64,000 nt of DNA from the human T2T-CHM13v2.0 reference genome, Homo sapiens. Shown in pieces: positions 14,501 through 26,500 of the stretch. The DNA lies in the NCBI RefSeq assembly GCF_009914755.1, contig NC_060933.1; one strand, 5' to 3'. A program made the position numbers and the translations under genes. Below the pieces are notes generated by a model that searched no databases, was not told the DNA's origin, and saw nothing but the letters and a program-made list of their open reading frames with translations. How positions within the stretch are numbered: position 1 is the first letter of the stretch; each line of letters opens with the position of its first letter.

Positions 14501-17500
14501 TTCCATTCCATTCCATTGCAATCGAGTTGATTCCATTCCATTCCATTCCATTCCATTCCATTCCATTCCATTCCATGCCATTCCACTCGGGTTGATTCTA
14601 TTGCTTTCCATTCCATTTGGGTTGAATCCAATCCATTCCATTGCATTCCATTCCATTCCATTCCATTCCATTGCACTAGGTTTGATTCCATTCCACTGCA
14701 TTCCATTCCATTCCATTCTGTTCCATTCCATTCCATTACATTCGGATTGATTGTATTCAATTCCTTACACTCCATTACATTCCATTCCATTCGGGTTGTT
14801 TCCATTCCGTTCCATTCCATTCCATTCCATTCCATTGCACTCAGGTTGATTGCATTCCATTCCATTCCATTCCATTCCATTCCATTCCATTTCGTTCCAT
14901 TCCATTCTATTCCGTACCATTCCATTCCATTCCATTCCATTCCATGCCATTCCACTCGGGTTTATTCCATTCCTTTCCATTCCATTCGGGTTGAATCCAT
15001 TCCATTCCATTCCGTTGCATTCCATTCCATTCCATTCTGTTCAGGTTAATTCCATTCCATTCCTTTCCCTTCCATTCCATTCCATTCCATTCCATTGCAA
15101 TCGAGTTGTTTCCATTGCATTCCATTCCATTACATTCCATTGCATTCCATTCCATTCCATTCCCCTGCACTCAGGTTGATTCCATTCGATTCCATTCCAT
15201 TCCATTCCATTCCATTCCGTTCCATTCCATTCCATTCTATTCGCTTTAATTGCATTCCATTCCATTCCATTGCATTCCATTGCAATCGAGTTGATTCCAT
15301 TCCTTTCCGTTCCATTCCATTCCATTCCATTCCATTTCGTTCCATTCCATTCTATTCCGTACCATTCCATTCCATTCCATTCCATTCCGTTCCATTCCAT
15401 TCCATGCCATTCCACTCACGTTGATTCCATTGCTTTCCATTCCATTTGGGTTGAATCCATTCCATTCCATTCCATTCCATTCCATTCCATTCCATTCCAT
15501 TGCACTAGGTTTGATTCCATTCCACTGCATTCCATTCCATTCCATTCCATTCCGTTCCATTCCATTCCATTACATTCGGATTGATTGTATTCAATTCCCT
15601 TACAGTCCATTTCATTCCATTCCATTCGGGTTGTTTCCATACCATTCCATTCCATTCTATTCCATTTCGTTCCATTCCATTCTATTCGGTACCATTCCAT
15701 TCCATTCCATTCCATTCCATTCCATGCCATTCCACTTGGGTTGATTCCCTTCCTTTCCATTCCATTCGGGTTGAATCCTTTCCATTCCATTCCATTCCAT
15801 TCCATTCCTTTCCATTCCATTGCACACGGGTTGATTCCATTCCATTCCTTTCTGTTCCATTCCGGATGACTCAATTCCATTGCATTCCATTCCATTCCAT
15901 TCCCCTGCCCTCGGGTTCATTACATTCCATTCCATTTACTTCCAATCCATTCCATTCCATTCAATTCCATTCTATTCGGGTTAATTCCATTCCATTCCAT
16001 TCCATTCCATTCCATTCCATTCCATTCCATTCCATTCCATTCCATTCCATTCCATTGCAATCGAGTTGATTCCATTCCATTCCATTCAATTCCATATGAT
16101 TCCATTCCATTGCCTTCAATTCCATTCCATTCCCCTGCACTCGGGTTGATTCCATTCCATTCCATTCCATTCCATTCCATTCCATTTCATTCCATTCCAT
16201 TTCGTTCCATTCCATTCTATTCCGTTCCATTCCATTCCATTCCATTCCATTCCATTCCATTCCATTCCATTCCTTTTCATTCTATTCGGGTTAATTCCAT
16301 TCCATTCCATTCCATTCCATTCCATTCCGTTCCATTCAATTCCATTACATTCGGATTGATTCTTTTTAATTCCCTTACACTCCATTACATTCTATTCCAT
16401 TCGGGTAGTTTCCATACCATTCCATTCCATTCCACTGCATTCTATTGCACTCGGGTTGATTGATTGCATTCCATTCCATTCCATTCCATTCCGGATGATT
16501 CCATTTCATTGCATTCCATTGCATTCCATTCCCCTGTACTCGGGTTGATCCCATTCCATTGCATTCCATTCCATTCCATTCCGTTCCGTTCCATTCCATT
16601 CCCTTCCATTCTGTTCAGGTTAATTCCATTCCATTCCATTCCCTTCCCTTCCATTCCATTCCATTCCATTCCATTCCATGCCATTCCACTCGGGTTGATT
16701 CCATTCCTTTCCATTCCATTCGAGTTGAACCCATTCCATTCCATTCCATTCCATTCCATTCCATTCCATTCCACTCGGGTTGATTCCATTCCTTTCCATT
16801 TCATTCGGGTTGAAACCATTCCATTCCATTCCATTCCTTTCGATTCCATTCCATTTCACTCGGGTTGATCCCATTCCATTGCATTCCATTCCATTCCATT
16901 GCATTCCATTCCGTTCCATTCCATTCCATTACATTCGTATTGATTCTATTCAATTCCCTTACTCTCCATTACATTCCATTCCATTCGGGTTGTTTCCATT
17001 CCATTCCATTCCATTCCACTCCATTCCATTGCAATCGGGTTGATTCCATTCCATTCCATTGCATTCCATTCCATTCCATTCCATTCCGTATGATTCCATT
17101 CCATTGCATTCCATTCCATTCCATTCCCCTGCACTCGGGTGGATTCCATTCTATTCCATTCCATTCCATTCCATTCCACTCCATTCCATTCCATTCTATT
17201 CGGGTTAATTTCATTCCATTCCATTCCATTCCCTTCCATTGCATTCCATTCCATTCCATTCCATTCCATTGAAATCGAGTTGATTCCATTCCATTCCATT
17301 CCATTCCATTCCATTCCATTCCATTCCATTCTATTCGGGTTAATTCCATTTCATTCCATTCCATTCCATTCCCTTCCATTCCATTCTATTCCATTCCATT
17401 CCATTCCATTCCATTCTAGTAGGGTTAATTCCATTCCATTCCATTCCATTCCATTCCATTCCATTCCATTCCATTCCATTCCATTCCATTGCAATCGAGT

Positions 17501-17535
17501 TGATTCCATTCCATTCCATTCCATTCCATTCCATT
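11570..17535 (+). repeat. Recent tandem duplication, two copies of ~2.97 kb
   Basis: Identical ORF translations at offsets 2968-2978 (11797/14765, 12448/15416, 13486/16464, 13991/16969). Private variants shared: tattgctttc 11631/14599, aattccttac 11791/14759, ctagtaggg 14438/17416. Confidence 0.92.
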
Positions 17536-20500
17536 CCATTCAATTCCATTGAACTCGGGTTGATTCCATTCCATTCCATGCCATTCCGTTTCATTCCATT
17601 CCATTCCATTCCATTCCATTCCATTCCATTCCTTTCCGTTCTATTCAATTACATTCGGATTGATTCTATTCAATTCCCTTACACTCCAATACATTCTATT
17701 CCATTCGTGTTGTTTCCATTCTATTCCATTCCATTCCACTCCATTCCATTGCACTCTGGTTGATTCCATTCCATTCCCTTCCATTCCGTATGACTCCATT
17801 CCATTTCATTCCATTGCATTGCTTTCCCCTGCACTCGAGTTGATTACATTCCATTCCATTCCCTTCCTTTCCGTTCCATTCCATTCTATTCGGGTTAATT
17901 CCATTCCATTCCATTACATTCCATTCCCTTCCATTCCATTACATTCCATTCCATTCCATTCCATTCCATTCTATTCGGGTTAATTCCATTCCATTCCATT
18001 CCATTCCATTCCATTCCATTCCATTCCATTCCATTCCATTGCAATCGAGTTGATTCCATTCCATTCCATTCCATTCCATTCCATTCCATTCCATTCCGTT
18101 CCATTCCATTCCATTACATTCGGATTGATTCTTTTTAATTCCCTTACACTCCATTCCATTCCATTCCATTCGGGTACTTTCCATTCCATTCCATTCCATT
18201 CCAATGCATTCTATTGCACTCGGGTTCATTGATTCCATTCCATAGCATTCCATTCCATTCCATTCCCCTGCACTCGGGTTGATCCCATTTCATTGCATTC
18301 CATTCCATTCCATTCCATTCCATTCCATTCCATTCCATTCCGTTCCATTCCATTCCATTCCATTCTGTTCAGGTTAATTCCATTCCATTCCATTCCCTTC
18401 CATTCCGTTTCATTCCATTCCATTCCATTCTGTTCAGGTTAATTCCATTCCATTCCATTCCCTTCCATTCCATTCCATTCCATTCCATCCCATTGCAATC
18501 TAGTTGATTCCATTGCATTCCATTCCATTCCATTCCATTCCATTGCATTCCATTCCATTCCATTCACCTGCACTCAGATTGATTCCATTCCATCCCATTC
18601 CATTCCATTCCGTTCCATTACATTCTATTCCATTCTATTCGCGTTAATTCCATTCCATTCCATTCCATTACATTCCATTGCAATCGAGTTGATTCCATTC
18701 CATTCCGTTCCATTCCATTCCATTCCATTCCATTTCGTTCCATTCCATTTTATTCTGTACCATTCCATTCCATTCCATTCCATTCCATTCCATTCCATGC
18801 CATTCCACTCGGGTTGATTCCATTGCTTTCCATTCCATTTGGGTTGAATCCCATCCATTCCATTCCATTCCATTCCATTCCATTCCATTCCATTCCATTC
18901 CATTGCACTAGGTTTGATTACATTCCACGGCATTCCATTCCATTCCATTCCGTTCCATTCCATTCCATTACATTCGGATTGATTGTATTCAATTCCCTTA
19001 CACTCCATTACATTCCATTCCATTCCGGTTGTTTCCATTCCATTTCATTCCATTCCACTCCATTCCATTGCACTCAGGTTGATTCCATTCCATTGCATTC
19101 CATTCCATTCCATTTCGTTCCATTCCATTCTATTCCGTACCATTCCATTCCATTCCATTCCATTCCATGCCATTCCACTCAGGTTTATTACATTCCTTTC
19201 CATTCCATTCGGGTTGAATCCATTCCATTCCATTCCCTTCCATTCCATTCCATTCCATTCCTTTGCACTCGGGTTGATTCCATTCCATTCCCTGCCATTC
19301 CATTTCATTCCATTCCATTCCATTCCATTCCATTCCATTCCATTCCATTCCGTTCCATTCCATTCCATTACATTCGGATTGGTTGTATTCAATTCCCTTA
19401 AACTCCATTACATTCCATTCCATTCGGGTTGTTTCCGTTCCATTACATTCCATTCCACTCCATTCCATTGCACTCAGGTTGATTCCATTCCATTCCATTT
19501 CGTTCCATTCCATTCTATTCCGTACTATTCCATTCCATTCCATTCCATTCCATGCCATTCCACTCGGGTTGATTCCATTCCTTTCCATTCCATTCGGGTT
19601 GAATCCATTCCATTCCATTCCATTGCATTCCGTTCCATTCCATTCCCCTGCAATCGGGTGGATTCCATTCTATTCCATTCCATTCCATTCATTCCATTCC
19701 ATTCCATTCCATTTCGTTCCATTCCATTCTATTCCGTACCTTTCCATTCCATTCCATTCCATTCCATTCCATACCATGCCATTCCACTGGGGTTGATTCC
19801 ATTCCTTTCCATTCCATTCTATTTGAACCCATTCCATTGCATTCCATTCCATTCGATTAAATTCAATTGCACACGGGTTCATTCCTTTCCATTCCATTCC
19901 ATTCCATTCCGTTCCATTCCATTCCATTTCGTTCCATTCCATTCTATTCCGTACCATTCCCTTCCATTCCATTCCATTCCACTCCGTTCCATGCCATTCC
20001 ACTCGGGTTTATTCCATTCCTTTCCATTCCATTCGGGTTGAATCCATTCCATTCCATTCCATTCCATTCCATGCCATTCCACTCGGGTTGATTCCATTCC
20101 TTTCCATTCCATTCGAGTTGAACAAATTTCATTCCATTCCATTCCATTCCATTCCATTCCATTGCTCACGGTTTCATTCCATTCCATTCCATTCCATTCC
20201 ATTTCGTTCCATTCCATTCTACTCCGTACCGTTCCATTCCATTCCATTCCCTTCCATGCCATTTCACTCGGGATTATTCCTTTCCTTTCCATTCCATTCG
20301 GGTTGAATCCATTCCATTCCATTCCTTTGCATTCCATTCCATTCCATTCCCCTGTAATCGGGTGGATTCCATTCTATTCCATTCCATTCCATTCCATTCC
20401 ATTCCATCCCATTCCATTCCATTTCGTTCCATTCCATTCTATTCCGTACCATTCCATTCCATTCCATTCCATTCCATTCCATGCCATTCCACTCGGGTTG

Positions 20501-23500
20501 ATTCCATTGCTTTCCATTCCATTTGGGTTGAATCTAATCCATTCCATTCCATTCCATTCCATTCCATTCCATTCCATTGCACTAGGTTTGATTCCATTTC
20601 ACTGCATTCCATTCCATTCCATTCCATTAAATTCCATTCCACTCGGGTTGATTCCATTCCTTTCCATTCCATTCGTGTTGAATCCATTCCATTCCATTCC
20701 ATTACTTTCGATTCCATTCCATTGCACTCGGGTTGAACCCATTCCATTGGATTCCATTCCATTCCATTGCATTCCATTCCGTTCCATTCCATTCCATTAC
20801 ATTCGTATTGATTCTATTCAATTCCCTTACACTCCATTCCATTCCATTCCATTCCTTTCGGGTTGTTTCCATTCCATTCCATTCCATTCCACTCCATTCC
20901 ATTGCAATCGGGTTGATTCCATTCCTTTCCATTCCATTCCATTCCGTATGATTCCATTCCATTGCATTCCATTCCATTCCATTCCCCTGCACTCGGGTGG
21001 ATTCCATTCTATTCCATTCCATTCCATTCCACTCTATTCCATTCCATTCCATTCCATTCCATTCCATTCCATTCCATTCCATTCCATTCTATTCGGGTTA
21101 ATTTCATTCCATTCCATTCCATTCCATTCCATTCCATTCCATTCCATTGAAATCGAGTTGATTCCATTTCATTCCATTCCATTCCATTCCATTCCATTCC
21201 ATTCCATTGCATTCTATTCCGGTTAATTCCATTCCATTCCATTCCATTCCATTCCCTTCCATTCCATTCCATTCCATTCTATTAGGGTTAATTCCATTCC
21301 ATTCCATTCCATTACATTCCATTGCAATCGAGTTGATTCCAGTCCATTCCATTCCATTCCATTCAATTCCGGATGATTGCATTCCATTGCCTTCCATTCC
21401 ATTCCATTCACCTGCACTCGGGTTGATTCCATTCCATTCCTTTCCATTCCATTCCATTCCATTCCATTCCATTCCATTCCATTCCATTTCGTTTCATTCC
21501 GTTCTATTCCGTACCATTCCATTCCATTCCATTACATTTCATTCCATTCCATTCCATGCCATTCCACTCGGGTTGATTCCATTCCTTTCCATTCCATTCG
21601 ACTTGAATCCATTCCATTCCATTCCATTCCATTCCATTCCATTCCATTGCACACGGGTTCATTCCATTCCAATCCATTCCTTTCCATTCCATTCCATTGC
21701 ACACGGGTTCATTCCATTCCATTCCATTCCATTACATTACATTCCATTTCGTTCCATTCCATTCTATTCCGTACCATTCCATTCCATTCCATTCCATTCC
21801 ATTCCATTCCACTCCATTCCATGCCATTCCACTCGGGTTTATTCCATTCCTTTCCATTCCATTCGGGTTGAATCCATTCCATTCCATTCCATTCCATTCC
21901 ATTCAATTCCATTACATAGCACTCGGGTTGATTCCATTGCATTCCATTCCATTCCATTGCATTCCATTCCATTCCATTCCATTCCATTCCATTCCATTCC
22001 ATGCCATTCCACTCGGGTTGATTCCATTCCCTTCCATTCCATTCGAGTTGAACCCATTCCATTCCATTCCATTCCATTCCATTCCATTCCATTGCAATCG
22101 AATTGATTCCATTCCATTCCATTGCATTCCATTCCATTCCATTCCATTGCACTAGGTTTGATTCCATTCCACTGCATTCCATTCCATTCCATTCCATTCC
22201 ATTCCGTTCCATTCCATTCCATTACATTCGGTTTGATTGTATTCAATTCCCTTACACTCCATTTCATTCCATTCCATTCAGGTTGTTTCCATTCCATTCC
22301 AATCCATTCCACTCCATTCCATTGCACTCGGGTTGATTGCATTCCATTCCATTCCATTCTACTCCATTTCGTTCCATTCCATTCTATTCTGTAGCATTCC
22401 ATTCCATTCCATTCCAATCCATTCCATTCCATGCCATTCCACTTGGGTTGATTCCCTTCCTTTCCATTCCATTCGGGTTGAATCCATTCCATTCCATTGC
22501 ATTCCATTCCATTCCATTCCCCTGCACTCGGGTTCATTACCTTCCATTCCATTTACTTCCATTCCATTCCATTCCATTCTATTCGGGTTAATTCCATTCC
22601 ATTCCATTGCATTCCATTGCATTGCATTCCATTCCATTCCATTCCATGCCATTCCATTCCATTCCATTGCAATCGAGTTGATTCCATTCCATTCCATTCA
22701 ATTCCGGATGATTCCATTCCATTGCCTTCAATTCCATTCCATTCCCCTGCACTCGGTTTGATTCCATTCCATTCCATTCCATTCCATTCCATTCCATTCC
22801 ATTTCGTTCCATTCCATTCTATTCCGTACCATTCCATTCTATTCCATTCCATTCCATTCCACTCCACTCCATGCCATTCCACTCGGGTTTATTCCATTCC
22901 TTTCCATTCCATTCGGGTTGAATCCATTCCATTCCATTCCATTCCATTCGATTCCATTACATTGCACTCGGGTTGATTCCATTGCATTCCATTCCATTAC
23001 ATTCCATTGCATTCCATTCCATTCCATTCCCCTGCACTCAGGTTGATTCCATTCGATTCCTTTCCATTCCATTCCATTCGGGTTGTTTCCATTCCATTCC
23101 ATTCCATTCCACTCCATTCCATTGCAATCGGGTTGATTCCATTCCATTCCATTGCATTCCATTCCATTCCATTCCATTCCGAATGATTCCATTCCATTGC
23201 ATTCCATTCCATTCCATTCCCCTGCACTCGGTTGGATTACATTCTATTCCATTCCATTCCATTCCATTCCATTCCATTCCATTCCATTCAATTCAGGATA
23301 ATTTCATTCCATTCCATTCCATTCCCTTCCATTCCATTCCATTCCATTCCATTCCATTGAAATCGAGTTGATTCCATTCCATTCCATTCCATTCCATTCC
23401 ATTCCATTCCATTCTATTCGGGTTAATTCCATTCCATTCCATTCCATTCCATTCCCTTCTATTCCATTCCATTCGATTCCATTCTATTCTATTAGGGTTA

Positions 23501-26500
23501 ATTCCATTCCATTCCATTCCATTCCATTCCATTCCATTCCATTCCACTCCATTCCATGCCATTCCACTCGGGTTTATTCCATTCCTTTCCATTCCATTTG
23601 GGTTGAATCCATTCCATTCCATTCCATTCCATTCCATTCCATTCCATTCCATTCCATTCCATGCCATTGCACTCGGGTTGATTCCATTCCTTTCCATTCC
23701 ATTCGAATTGAACCCATTCCATTCCATTCCATTCCATTCCATTCCATTCCATTCCATTGCTCACGGGTTCATTCCTTTCCATTCCATTCCATTCCATTCC
23801 ATTCCATTCCATTCCATTTCGTTCCATTCCATTCTACTCCGTACCATTCCATTCCATTCCATTCCCTTCCATGCCATTTCACTCGGGTTTATTCCATTCC
23901 TTTCCATTCCATTCGGGTTGAATCCATTCCATTCCATTCCATTCCATTCCATTCCATTCCATTGCGCTCGGGTTGATTCCATTCCATTCTATGCCATTCC
24001 ATTTCATTCCATTCCATTCCATTCCATTCCATTCCATTCCATTCCATTCCTTTCCTTTCAATTCCATTCCATTACATTCGGATTGATTCTTTTTAATTCC
24101 CTTACACTCCATTCCATTCCATTCCATTCGGGTACTTTCCATTCCATTCCATTCCATTCCACTGCATTCTATTGCACTCGCGTTGATTGATTCCATTCCA
24201 TTGCATTCCATTCCATTCCATTCCATTCCATTCCATTCCATACCATTCCATTCCATTCTGTTCAGGTTAATTCCATTCCATTCCATTCCCTTCCATTCCA
24301 TTCCATTCCATTCCATCCCATTCCGTTCCATTCCATTTCATTACATTCAGATTTATTCTATTCAATTCCCTTACACTCCATTATATTCCAATCCATTCTG
24401 GTTGTTTCCATTCCATTCCATTCCATTTCACTCCTTTCCATTGCACTCGGGTTGATTCCATTCCATTCCATTCCATTGCATTCCATTCCATTCCATTCCG
24501 GATGATTCCATTCCATTGCATTCCATTCCATTCCATTCCCCTGCACTCGGTTTGATTCCATTCCATTCCATTCCATTACATTCCGTTCCATTCCATTCCA
24601 TTCCATTCGGATTGATTCTATTCAATTCCCTTACACTCCATTACATTGCATTCCATTCGGGTAGTTTCCATTCCATTCCATTCCATTCCATTCCATTCCT
24701 CTCCATTCCATTGCACTCGGGTTGATTCCATTCCATTGCATTCCATTCCATTCCATTCAATTCCATTCCGTTCCATTCCATTCCATTACATTTGGATTGA
24801 TTCTATTCAACTCCCTTACTCTCCATTACATTCCATTCCATTCGGGTTGTTTCATTCCATTCCATTCCATTCCACTCCATTCCATTGCACTCGGGTTGAT
24901 TCCATTCCATTCCATTCCATTCCATTCCATTCCATTCCACTCCATTCCAGTCCTTTCCATTCCATTCCACTCGGGTTGATTCCAATGTATTCCTTTCCAT
25001 TCCATTCCATTCCATTGCAATCGTGTTGATTCCATTGCTTTGCATTCCATTCCATTCCATTCCATTCCGGATGATTCCATTCCATTGCATTCCATTCCAT
25101 TCCATTCCCTTGCACTCGGGTTGATTCCATTCCATTCCACTCCATTCCGTTCCATTCCATTCCATTGCATTGTATTCGGGTTAATTCCATTCCATTCCAT
25201 TCCATTCCATTCCATTCCATTCCATTCCATTCCATTCCATTACAATCGAGTTGATTCCATTCCACTCCATTCCATTCCAGTCCTTTCCATTCCATTCCAC
25301 TCGGGTTGATTCCATTCTATTAGTTTCCATTCCATTCCATTCCCTTCCATTCCACTCTGGTTGATTCCATTCCTTTCCATTCCACTCGAATACATTCCCT
25401 CCTATTCCACTCGGAAAGATTCCATTCCATTCCATTCCATTCCATTCCATTCCATTCCATTCCATTCCATTCCATTTCGTTCCATTCCATTCTATTCCGT
25501 ATGATTCCATTCCATTCCATTCCATTCCATTCCATTCCATTCCATTCCATTCCATTCCATTGTACTCGGGTTGATTCAATTCCATTGCATTCCATTCCAT
25601 TCCATTCCGTTGCATTCCATTCCATTACATTCGGATTGATTCTATTAAACTCCCTTACTCTCCATTACATTCCATTCCATTCGGGTTGTTCCATTCCATT
25701 CCATTCCATTCCACTCCATTCCATTGCACTCGGGTTGATTCCATTCCATTCCATTCCTTTCCGGATGATTCCGTTCCATTGTATTCCGTTCCATTACATT
25801 CCCCTACACTCGCGTTGATTCCATTCCATTCCATTCCATTCCATTCAATTCCATTCCATTACAATTCGTTCCATTCCATTCTATTCCGTACCATTCCATT
25901 CCATTCCATACCATACCATTCCATTCCATTCCATTCCATTCCATTCCATTCCATTTTATTCGGATTAATTCCATTCCATTCCATTCCATTCCATTCTATT
26001 CCATTCCATTGCAATCGAGTTGAATCCATTGCATTTCATTCCATTCCATTGCGTTCCATTCCATTCCGGAAGATTCCATTCCATTGCATTCCATTCCATT
26101 CCATTCCCCTGCACTCGCGTTGATTCCATTCCATTCCATTCCATTCCATTCCATTCCATTCCATTCCGTTCCGTTCCATTCCATTCCATTCCATTCCGTT
26201 CCGTTCCATTCCATTCCATTCCATTCTATTCGGGTTAATTCCATTCCATTCCATTCGATTGCAATCGAGTTGATTCCATTCCATTCCATTCCATTCCATT
26301 CCATTCCATTCCATTCCTTTCCATTCCATTACGGATGATTCCATTCCATTGCATTCCATTCCATTCCATTCCCCTGTACTCGGGTTGATTCCATTCCATT
26401 CCATTCCAATCCATGCCATTCCACTCGTGTTGATTCCATTCTTTCCATTCCATTCAAGTTGAATCCATTCCATTGCATTCCATTCCATTCGATTCCATTC

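Larger units (their letters stand above)
3990..24340 (+). repeat. HSat3 dialect B domain
   Basis: Rich in ccatgccattccactcggg, gcacacgggttcatt, gcactaggtttg, ctgttcaggttaatt, ttgaaatcgag, ctattagggttaatt, gggtggattcc and ctttttaattccc. I saw no ccggaaga, caagttgaatcc or cgaatacattccctcc. Boundaries approximate. Confidence 0.7.

Noticed and set aside
7481-23510. DUX4 or homeobox-like sites in ctattagggttaatt and ggattgattgtattc; telomere-like ttagggtta
   Set aside because: They do not fit TGATTRRRTTA on inspection. The single TTAGGG arises from a C-to-A variant of ttcgggtta and is never tandem.
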